62,000 bases of DNA from Acanthaster planci (lineage: Eukaryota). Below, piece after piece: positions 1 to 11,675 of this stretch; position 1 is the first letter of the stretch, and the number at the start of each line of letters is the position of its first letter. The translations under genes were made by a program, and so were the position numbers. The stretch is taken from assembly GCF_001949145.1 (NCBI RefSeq), contig NW_019091402.1, positions 930,001-992,000 on the forward strand, given 5' to 3'. A model generated the notes under the pieces. That model was not told the origin of the DNA. It saw only the letters and a list, made by a program, of their open reading frames with translations, and did not search any database.

Positions 1-3000
1 TATTAAGAGCACAGGTTTTAACCATAGAGGATCTTAGAAAAATCGTCACTGTGACGTCATCAGGTTTCACTTGACCTGACACTTCAAATCTCCGTATCTT
101 TTTAAGCATGTGTCCAAATTTGTTCAAACCTGTCATGTTCTCAGTGAAGGTGATGTTTTAGATGAAAATTTGTGGTTCTCAACCTCGGTTGAGGATTTTT
201 ATGAAAATTAAACAGAAATAGCACAATTTTTCCCCTCATAGAATTAGAAATATAGCTAAGAGTCAAGTTGTCAAGTAATGCTTTGTAAAATACTCGATTC
301 AAACAGAAATCACGTGACATAAGATTAAAAGGTCCTTGGAAAGTAGGCCTACCGCGTTTGCACGTTTTTACTTTGCGCGCGGGCATCGTTTTCGTGGACA
401 CACGTGTGCATTTTACGTTCGAACATGCTGCGGGCTTCTAAATTGTGCGTGTCAACTGTTTTCCTTGGGTCCAGAGGTACAAATAGTAAGTCTGACTACA
501 ATATTAATGTGGCCGCCATTTTGGGTTTTCAGATGTATGTAGCGGACCAGCCCCACGTCAGTTGGGTGGTGGGAGGAAGGAGGAACGGTCCCCTAATTAA
601 AGCGGACGAGCACTTGGAGAACACGTGAACAATAAATGATGTCTACCTCCAGAATTACAATTTATTAAATATGAAAACAGTTGGTGTAGTGTAATGGCTA
701 GACGGCAACGTAAATAACAGTATAATGTATGGTGAAAGGCTAACACTGCTAGCTAAACAATACAGTGTGGCACGTTGTAGAACAGAAAGCAGTTACCACA
801 TTGGGCCCCGTAAATCATACAATTTCTCCGACAGAAGATCGTGTGAGGTATTTTTACAATGATAAGTACTTACTAGGGGTTCCTAGCATTGACTCTCTCC
901 CACACTTAGGGGCATATGGCCGAAGCCATGCTCCCTGCAAATTAATAGAAGCAAAATGCAGAGAGCACGGTTCTACATTCGAGACTAAAAGTAAAGAGAT
1001 CACCTTCACACCGCGTGCCCAGGAAGCCTAAAAAGTAAATTTTATGTTAATTACCTCCGTGACGCGTATTGGAAGGATGAGGGCGCCCTTACTCAGGTAC
1101 GTTCCCCACATGTCACATAGCACCATCATTTGTCAGAATTAAAACATTCATTTGAGGCGTCAGTATAATTAATCATAATAAAGGGAGGTTTATTCCATTT
1201 TTACATCCCCTATCGTAGTGGTATCATGTCGGTAATGATTTGCTAATGAATAGTTTCAGCAATTAATTAACAGTTTGTCCGTGGAGGTCTTCATCGACCA
1301 TTTAAAGGGGCAGTCTTTTCCGTAGGTCTTGTGCACGTTTCTATAGTAACTGACTCAAGCACTGTCGTCCATCTGACTTACTTCAAATTCCTCTTATGCA
1401 GCCAACCGATCCATCCATAGCATGCAACTATCCAACCAGCCATCCCTGCCCACGTACTGACAAAGCAGGCCGACCAGGCAATAGACCGACAGCGCCCGCT
1501 AAGTCATGTGATCCATAGTTTATGTCAAACATCAGCAAACATTGGGTCCATAGCAAAGTGTGTCATAAGAGTAATGTACCAAAACTAAAGCCAACGGTCG
1601 GTAAAGTACTCAGACTATGCCGACGTGCTGACCACTATACCGAAAATTGGCATTATTTTTGGTTAACAACACTTTTGACACACTTTGCTATGGAAGGACG
1701 CCATATATGTTCACGTCTGATATCCACTATAGGTCACTTGACTTACTCGGCGCAATCAGTATATGAAGGGGATCAATCGGGAGGTTTTTGCACTCCAAAT
1801 GTTAACACCAAACGTTCACTCACCTGTCAAACTGTCAGTTGCACTGAAACTCTGAACGCCTCGCGCTATAAACCGACGTATTTACTGTTTGCTTTTACTT
1901 TTAGAAAATTGGTTCTAAACAGAAAATGACACGAAGGAAATTATAATTATGTTGGCATTAATGCACATTGATGTTTTTTTAGTGCATGTTGACTACCTTT
2001 TAACTCTATTGATCATCAATTTCTTTTCAACAACATAACTTAAAGTCGAATCTGTCGTTTACGTCCTGAGTGTCAAACCCATTTCCAGTTCTTTGTGTTC
2101 AGTTTGAAGTTTGAGGCAGCGATATTTCTGGTGAAATCAAGTATCTTGCATAATCATTGCATCTTGATGTGAGAGTACTTCCTGTGACACCCTTTTCAGG
2201 TGCATGAAGAAAATAAAATTAGCCTGTTTTCAGTGAGCAGTTTTACGGCATTCAAATCCACTGAACATTGAGTTTTATTTTTGATTCCCTTCACTGTTAC
2301 ACTAGGTAGTCAAACGAGATATATTTTTAAACGTTGAAGCTATTCTGAAACATAAGGAAAAATTCACTGAGCAACAAAAATAAATATAAGCCACAAACGC
2401 AACTTGGCTGAGTCGGAAATGTTTATCCTATATATGAACCTAAGCCATTGCTGTGGTCTAACCAGAACTTGACTGAAGATATTATTAAAATTTGTTTTTC
2501 ATAATTCACGTTTAATAAGACCTCTTAAAATAAAACTAATACTTACCTTTTGGATATATGCTAGGTTCTAATGGAACTTACTATTAGACAGTCAACCCAA
2601 ACCAAGTATACACTGAACTGGGCCTAACAGTTGCAATTTACTTACAATCATATCTGCCATCGTGAAAAAAAAATCCTTTCAAAATCCATGTTTTGACCGA
2701 AATCTCACATAAGTGATTGTGAAATGTCGCAGGTAAGTTCAAGGGAAAGCCCCGTGCATTCAAATATTGAGTGTTAAGTTCATGGCTTGAACTATCGGTT
2801 TGTTTGTGGCAGGAAAATGCCCCCAGGGAAAGATTACGCACCTGGTAATCAGTTTCAGGGGTAATCACTCGCATTATAGTACACCAACTGAGCGTGCAGT
2901 CATGAACGTGAGTGGAATTTGCCTGGGTTGAAATACGTCGTAACCAGTTGACTAAATTTGTGCTGGAAATTGGAGGATGGGGAATTATGTAGCAGGTGAC

Positions 3001-6000
3001 TTTCCTGGCCATGGAAATCAGAAAACACTGAGGGCGATGGTCACGATACAGATGGTCTGTATTTTGAATTTTATTTTATTATTATTATTTTTTTTGCATT
3101 GTTTTCTTTTTCACAAGCTTTCGGGGACAAAAACTGAGTAATACACGTCGGGCAGGGCAAAATTCAAAATTAATTAACTTTACAATCTTTCTGAAAATCA
3201 ATGAGAATGGGTCCAGAAAATTCCGGAACAATTTCACAATGAGTCCGGAAAATTCCGAGGATTACCCGTTATCCGTACAGCACCCTGATATGACGCTATA
3301 AGCCCCCCAATAACCCAGCATATATCTGCACTGGGCACTTCTCACCCCGGGATGTAAGTTCATGGTATTAAGAGTTTCTATATGTAGTTAATTTAATCGA
3401 ATGCTGCACTTAGGAAATGAAACTCGTTGACTGATAACGCTGCCGAATAGCTCATACTTCGTTATTGATTCAGTTGCTTCCTGAATTTATGTGATTGTCT
3501 TGTTGTGGATTTGATTTATACTTTAATAATATATCACTTAATGTATGTATTTTTCTATAGTTTTTCACCTGCATCAGCGGTGTGGAAATAAATTCATAGG
3601 GTGATGAGTAAAGAGTCTTCCAGTCTCCTTTCTTCAAGAGTGTATAGTGACAGTGTCCCAAGGTATTTAGAGCTATTAATAAAAGTAAAAGTGGCCAAGG
3701 AGGAATAGACTATCAGCTCTAAAAAGAATATCCATCATTCCAATGTGTGAGTTTTGTCTAAAAGAAAACGGGGGACTCTGACACGTGTAAATAGATTTAA
3801 TTCATGTGTCGGCTATCTTGAGTTGAAAGTGAAGTAAACTTTTCACTTTTGGAACATTAGATTTAAAATAGCTGTGGTAAAATAAAGTTAAAGACGAATT
3901 CATGCCAGATGTCGTTGAGAACGAGAGATTTGTGATAAATTATATTTAAATGTTTTCAGCCATATTTGAAACACATGAAGTTGGGGTTGGGGACCCAATA
4001 TAGTTTGGCACCATGCCATTTAAACAAGTTACATTGAATATGAAAGATTTAGGGGAAGAAATGGCTTCCCTGTGAGTAGGGTCTTCTATGGTCTGGAAGC
4101 CCCCACTGGCCAAAACAGAACATCATGCAAGCCAAATGCATGTTGTGAAAGCCTGCGTATCTGATAATAAAATTCACCGTTGCCCAAAGGTGGCCGTAAG
4201 TATTTGAAAGCGCTATTGGCAAGTTTGATGATGTTGGGATCGTAGGGTTAAGCGCGTGAGGAATGCCAATGAGGCAACTGATACCCTGTGGACATATTAA
4301 CATTTTCCTAAAAATCAACACTAATGGGTCTGGAAAATCTTGGAACAAAGTTGGGTAGGGATGAATTCCTCAAGTTCAGGTCACGTGACTGCGGTGAATA
4401 CAGGACCTGAAGGTTCTCTCCATTAGTTGGAATCGTTTGGTTCGGGACTAAATGTTATGTTGCTGCTGGGTGAAGTGGGCGAGACTTACACACTACAGAC
4501 GGTTGCATACAATAAACAACTTGAAATTTATGCATGATAGCTTCCCCATTCTTGGTCAAACTACAAAGCTTGACCCAAGACTGGATTGGTTTGGTTTGTT
4601 TCAAACTCCACGCGCCTTCCTCTAGACAAAACAAGATTGGGTAGCTCGTCTTTTGGCGATCGAAAAGTATTTATTTTTATTTCTGTTGGAGAAATGTCAG
4701 TTGTGAGGACTTTTTTTTACTTTAGTATCTTTTCCATTTTTTTTTGTTTACAAAAGCTTAAGGAAAAGGACCTGTGTCCCGTCGTTTCATGGGACTAAAA
4801 ATGTACCGGTACATGTAGTTGTGTTGCTTGATAGTAAACGGCGCAGCGAGATGGAAAAAATGAAAACTCTCTCCCCTCTTTCTGTAACTACGAGCAAAAA
4901 GCCTGTCTCTCTTTTTATTAGCAATCAACTGGTGCCATTTTATATTCGGCAAAACGACTATCCAGTCTCCTAAAACTACTTAGGTTGACACCCAATCTGA
5001 GTATGTAAAAATCAAACATGTGGCCCGCTTCTTANGAATCCAGGCCTCAGAGTTACAAACTGATATCTCATAAATGGTACACACAAGCAACACACAACTT
5101 CCATTGCCTAGATCCACCGAAGCTTCAAGTTCTGTGGACCAAATGTCAACTTTGCCTTCTTAATTAAAATAAAGAGGCTAGAGAGGAATGTCAAACATCA
5201 AAATTACCGTCTTCATCCCACTTCGAGAGCATTGGGCACACATTCATGTATACGTAAATCGTGGCTGTCAATCGTAATTTTCTGTGTCTGTAAATATTAA
5301 TAATACAGTCACATGACACGAATCCTTTAACATCCTACTCGTGAGTGATAAAAAAAAGTTCGCGGGAAAGTACTACTTTGATTCCTAAATCACCACAATA
5401 CTCTCTTAATTTGAAAGAATGTAACCAAGGACTAAACGTTTAACGATTGAAAACTAATCTAAATTTAGATTGAAAATGGACCTCTTCACGTCCAGTGGAA
5501 ACGCAAGTGAAATTTGGATTTATTCATTTGAACTTCACACGAATTCGTCTTGGCAGACTGCGTCTTCGCAGAAAGTGCACTTTCACTCAAATGGAGTGAA
5601 TTTTCAATCGTTGGAATTTTGAGAGTAAACACTAGTGTACAAGCAGACAAAATCCGTAACTTGCAATATACGTCTTTGTTCGACAGTGCACTCCGCACAA
5701 CTTTAAAATTGCTGACTTCAATACACGCTTCGAATTCAAGGCCTACAACTTAACCTAAACGATTGACAAAAATCTGTAATCCAAAGTTCATGATGGAGAA
5801 TGAATTTTCTGACAAAAATCCAACCCATTTTAAACTGGAAACTCCTAGCATCGAGCAATCTCATAAAAGTAACACAAACTACTGATGAAGCTTTTCATCA
5901 AAGATTTTACAACCACCGTCTAATGAATACATATTCAACTGAAACATCACTTTTAAAAAGTGGCCTGAAACCTGAGTAAACTGTAATAACAAAAAAGGTT

Positions 6001-8181
6001 AATTACATAAGAACCATTAAGCCTAGCAACCCTGGGTCCTCCAATTTCTATATGATTTTACATACACCGTAGGGCTTCGGGTTAAGTTTTTTAGATACAT
6101 AATCTGAGTAAATGAAATTATCTTTTTCAAGCTCTCCACATGCACTGCAAAGGACACTTTGTTTTGATAATTCTACCTGGCAAAAGCGCTCAAAACAAAA
6201 CCCATATTCATAATGATTTGTTCATCAATTTCGATGTTAAATTGCTGATTGAAAATGTATTTTCTTAAAGTTGCCCCCTTCCCTATAATAGCAATAAAGT
6301 TAGGCAAAAGAGTGTATGCACAAAACAAGTCCACTGAAAATTCCCTTTGAACAGAGAGTCTATTTTAAGTCCATGAAATATTACTAGCCCTTGATAAAAA
6401 ACAAACAGGACTCCGTTAAAATAAATTGTACAAGCAATTCAGTACTTTCATCTGAGTTCTCTCAGCCAAATTTTAAATATCAAACGTAAAATTCTGACTA
6501 TAATCAGTACAATCAGGCTATAGTCTACGCCCTGAACAATTTCTAATAAAATCTACATATATGTGCAAAAAAGCTTCTAGCGTACGCGACAATTTTGCTG
6601 GGATATAATGTCATTTGCGTTATTTTGTAACAAGACGTTGTGGAGTTTTAGTGAAAAATTTCTCACGGCTGTTTAAGCAAAAAGTCAGTTTTAAATGATT
6701 TTAAATCAATCACAAGGCAGCTTCTGTTATAAATTCTGAATGCACTGCAATCATTGCGTTAATCATTAACCACGCCAGACACGGACCGGTTTGCATACAC
6801 CTATATATACAAACGTTCATCCTCGGTCCTGCGGAGAGATAACATCAAAGCAAATAGCATGTATCTACTGGCATTGCTGCAGTCATTTCGATATCAAGTC
6901 TTGTGTCTTGACGATTACCATTGTTATTTGCTGCTTTTATTCACTTTACTCGGATATATGGGCAAAGAACCTACCTACACAACCATGCTAAATCGAAATT
7001 AACACTGAACAAATTTTGTGGCCAAAGAAAGAAGCAAAGATTGGACAATACCTGTCGTTACAATAATGGTTGTGATAAGGTCTCTTTGGGTGAACTCAGG
7101 TTCCTTGACATCGTCCCGGGCTAACAAGAGGTACCGATTTCAAAAATTTACTCAAAGTAATTTCAACAATTTCAATATTTTTCCCGAGGCGTGCCCTCAA
7201 GAAAGAAAATTTGTCTGATCCATGCTCTCTGATAAAGTACATAACGTTTGTACAAAGAAAGCTCACATGGAAAGACAAAAAACATTCCAGCCGTGGATAC
7301 AGAGGGGGTTGACCTTTTCCGTGCCATATTTTTTTTTGGGGGGTCTAAGGGTAGGAACACCCCTTAAATGCAAAACCTTGTTAAAATCAACAACGTTTTT
7401 GGTGTTATCAGATGACTACACCACAGGGAGTTACTTTAACAAATCTGGTGTTAGTGCACTGGAGGGTATTAAAAGTAACACCAAATAACACCAAAATTTT
7501 AACACCGGTGAAAAGTGTTCGTGTAGTCCCCCGATAACATCCGACAAAACAAGGAGAGATTAAACGGCTTCACCAAGGACGACAACTACATGCAGTAACT
7601 CCCTCATACGAACAAAAATCCCCCAAGAAAACATTCCTTGATCCCCTGCTTCGTTCAGCCAGTCCCTAAATAACTTCAAAAACCTTTCCACGTCCTCATT
7701 TAAAGTACGTCTCAGGGGGATTTGAAGTTTCTATGTCTGTTACCTAAGACATTCCTCCCTCGCGAAAGAAGAGGCAGTGAAAGAAATAGGACCTTCGATT
7801 TCAAAGACTGTTTACAGGTATCGGTAGTCAATCAGCCATAAACATCCCAATGTGTAATAAGGAAAGCCGGTAGGGGTACTCTTATAAAAAGGATAGTGTC
7901 TATATAACAAAATGGCGAAGTCATATTCCGGGGCAAAGGTGGAGAGGGCGTCTATACATATACATGCATTGGAAGAGTAATTTTAAAAATACAGATGACC
8001 ATATGGCGCATTTTTTGTGAGAGCATTAATTTTGCAATTCGAATTTGAGTTTCATTTCTGCTATGAGAAGTTAAAATAAGGCCTGGATTGAAAAATGAAA
8101 GCTTCGTATCCAACGTCGAAGGATTCTAGAATTAATCCGCTAGTGTTTGGGTGAGGAAGAGACAAGGGTGTATAGCGCTGT

Positions 8182-11100
8182 TCAAAATTTATTTTTTCTA
8201 AACACGAAGACAAGCACACCGACGACTGCCACAACGAAAAACAAAGCCGCAACAACAATGATAGCTACAACGCCAGGAGAAATCCCTCCATTATCCCCGT
8301 CTTCCATTCCAACACACAAAGGCAGGTCAGATGACCACTGACCATCCGCTTGACAGGTCAGTCTCGAGGACCCTTCAAGAGTAAAGTCCTCGTCACACGT
8401 CACGTCCACAGTTGCATTCACCAGATACACAGACCCTGAAATTTGCCCGTTCTCTATATTACCTGGGAAACCACAGCTAACAATCTTGACCAATGATTTC
8501 TGGACTTCGGTAATCGTACCTGTCACAGCCAAGGTTGCATTGGCAAAGGATAGACTACCAGTGACTACTGCATCAAAGACACATTCAACCGAATCGCCAC
8601 ACAAGTCTTTAATTTCTTGGCTCACTCTGTTCAGATCAGGAACCTTAAAGGTAGGAGAAAATTCAGGAAAGTGGTAAGTGCTGTAGTCAAATGGAGATAT
8701 GTAGGTGAATATGGAGTCCTCTTCTTTGACCAACCACTCCAAACAAAACTCATGAAGTTCCTTCAGTGATGAACCAGGATCCATAACGGTTCCATTTGGG
8801 AACTGGAAGTCATCGTCCGGGTTTCCATTCAGGTTACCAAGAAGCCCTGCGACTTGACCCTGAAATTTGGTGTCCAACTGAGCGATGAAAGACATCATCT
8901 CAGTATCAATGTACACGATGACAGCAATGCCAGCACTGAATGCCATGCTAATTTTGCTCAGGTCAGAGTTGAAGCTGATTTGAACCCCTTTGAGGTGATG
9001 AACTCGNNNNNNNNNNNNNNNNNNNNNNNNNNNNNNNNNNNNNNNNNNNNNNNNNNNNNNNNNNNNNNNNNNNNNNNNNNNNNNNNNNNNNNNNNNNNNN
9101 NNNNNNNNNNNNNNNNNNNNNNNNNNNNNNNNNNNNNNNNNNNNNNNNNNNNNNNNNNNNNNNNNNNNNNNNNNNNNNNNNNNNNNNNNNNNNNNNNNNN
9201 NNNNNNNNNNNNNNNNNNNNNNNNNNNNNNNNNNNNNNNNNNNNNNNNNNNNNNNNNNNNNNNNNNNNNNNNNNNNNNNNNNNNNNNNNNNNNNNNNNNN
9301 NNNNNNNNNNNNNNNNNNNNNNNNNNNNNNNNNNNNNNNNNNNNNNNNNNNNNNNNNNNNNNNNNNNNNNNNNNNNNNNNNNNNNNNNNNNNNNNNNNNN
9401 NNNNNNNNNNNNNNNNNNNNNNNNNNGTCCTCCTCCTGATGGCAGTGAATTAACAGACCGATAACAGACGTCGGCACCGGGATGGAAGAAGAAATTGGCA
9501 AAATTGGCCTCCTGGAAGTTCACGTCGTTCCTAGCCTGTCTGTTGTTGCAGGGACATGGAGGGAGTCCCGTCGGTATATTCTTTAACGGGTACTTGGAAA
9601 TTTCGCAAACAATTTTCCTAATAATGTACATAATACCAGATCTTATCAGTCGCTTCAGGACCGCACGAAAGATAAACCTTCGTTTTCGTTCGGAAGACGG
9701 AGTAAGATAAAAAGCCGAGAGAGAGAGTCCATCATCAGAGAAGGATCGGAGCTCACTTGGATTGATCGTTAGACTACCGTTGTTCAAGACGTCATCCTTC
9801 AACACCACTCCTTCCATTAAAACTGGATTTCCCTCGCTGTTGTAATCGACGTCATGCCCCATCAGAGTCACATGTGAAACGTCTTCACCAAGACTGCTAG
9901 GATCCCAGGATAATATGATCGGGTTATCCGAAGTTAGGTCGATGATGTCATTGACATCCGTTGAATTCAGCTGTTTGACATTGAGTAATGGAGGAAGGTC
10001 CTCCTCAGACGCGACATAGACGATGCCAGAGAAGGGGAATGATTCCCCATTATCAAGTGAGACATGAACGGCAGTTAGCCCGGTTTTGTAAAACGTGGGA
10101 GTTATACAGATGTAAGTATAGGAGTCTTTCAGTTCACCAGGAACCAAAACATTTCCAAAACCAGTGGAAAACTTGCACTGGGCATTTGGAGAGGTGATAG
10201 CGTTTGTCTGCACACAAGGAACGGTTACAGTGAAAACCTCGCCACCAAGTTCTCGCAAGTAGTACGGCGTCAAACTCAGAAATTGTTCATTGCTTGGAAG
10301 AGATAAACCTGCAGCATATCCGTAAGATTCATCATTCTCATATCCATAGACAATGACAGACAGTGGCGATGACTCAGGATCTGTCTGTTCAACGTAATAA
10401 ACACCTTCTCCTTTTGGAAGTTGAACTGTCAGTGATGTATAGTCAGTGTTAGGAACATCAGTTTCCACTACAGTCCCGTTGATAGGAGATCCGTTCAGGA
10501 ATACCGTTTGGCGCGAATTCTTTCGAACAATGATACTGATGAAGTTGAAAAATCCTTCGGAATCCTGTCCGGAATATGGTGGTGTTGTGAAACCGAAAAT
10601 GAATCCAAAGTGAACTAGTGCAGGAACTTGTATAATTGACGGATCAAGCAGTTCATCATTGATGTAGACCAGCTGCTGGACCATGAGAGTAGGTTTGGTT
10701 GAAGACACGAGGCCGGAACCAGACAAACGTCCTTCCCAAAATTCACCAGCACCTAATGACTGGTTTCCAAATCCTGGAATAGTGACAATTGTCTCAGTGA
10801 AATAGGCGACGATTCGGTAACTGTTGCTGTCGGTGCTTCGGGCTGCAGTGTAGATGTGATTTTGTCCCCAGCTCTTGACGGGTATCAGCTGCTCAGTCAG
10901 CGTATCGCAAGATGACCCTGGGTTACGTGAACACTGATTACCACTGAAAATGGCGACTGGCTTGTCCGTCTGAACGACACTCCCTGTTAAGTCTTGCGAC
11001 GTCTGCCCTTGGATTTGAACAGCTTCCAACTTGTCAACCATGAAACTCAGAACGTCGCCATCACTATAAGTCTGTCCTTCGAAGGTCACTGTACCACGTA

Positions 11101-11675
11101 AGACAACTTGAACTGATGTGGAATCTTCCGTACCTATCACGGAAAATTGGGACTGCCAGACGTCTAGAGGGCTCGATGTTGCAAGTACATATTGCAAACC
11201 GAGATTATTTGTCGGTATTCCAAGAAAACCATCAGTGGTGAAATCCTGGTACATCAAGCCGTACGCAGACACCTCGGACGATGCCGAAATCTCTATTCCC
11301 TTGAAACTCCTCTCATTTCCATCCATCACCAACTCGGCAGGAAGTACGGTTCGCCTAAATCCACCAGCCTCAAGGACAAAGCTCTCTTGAAGTGGTCTAC
11401 CAGCTACTTGGAACTTGCTGCTGATTGTGACAGATGTTAACTGATTACTGAATGCCACAACTAAAACGGTCAGCTCCCTCGATTCAGAACGAGAATCATG
11501 ATTGTCGGAAAAGCAGAGGATAAAACGTTTACCTCTTGATATGCCGAAGCATTGTGGCTGGTTGTTGTCGGGTGTGGGTAACTGTATATCTACAGCCAAG
11601 ACCACAAGTTGGGGAAAGGCACTTCCCAGGAAGAGAGCAACCCAGAAGAGATCGACTGTCGTCAAACTAGTTACA
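8182..11675 (-). CDS. IgGFc-binding-N-terminal / IPT / AMOP / VWD / Sushi type-I membrane protein (SUSD2/Mesh-like chimera), copy A; apparently one large coding exon interrupted by an N-gap (9007-9426)
   Basis: ORFs 8963-11752 and 8182-9501 join across the gap. N-terminal hydrophobic segment LFWVALFLGSAF. FCGBP-N-like motifs: GKRFILCFSDN, KGIEISASSEVSAYG, TDGFLGIPTNNLGLQY, DLTGSVVQTDKPVAIFSGNQC, CDTLTEQLIPVKSWG, YGYAAG. IPT-like region CKF...CITPTF...VSLDNG. AMOP start LPPCPC...FHPGADVCYRS. VWD end GLLGNLNGNPDDDF. Sushi domain CGFPGNIENG...C...LTCQADGQWSSDLPLC, then TM and tail RKNKF-stop at 8182. Splice acceptor TTTTTCTTGCAG before 11675. No in-frame ATG at the position equivalent to copy B. 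Confidence 0.88.

Noticed and set aside
1..8000. Numerous short ORFs (60-135 aa)
   Set aside because: AT-rich sequence with no coding bias or recognisable domains; treated as intergenic, UTR or decayed repeats.
8963..9501. Frameshift splitting copy A into 929-aa and 439-aa ORFs (pseudogene?)
   Set aside because: The frame change falls within an N-gap of estimated length, so it is not evidence of a real frameshift.
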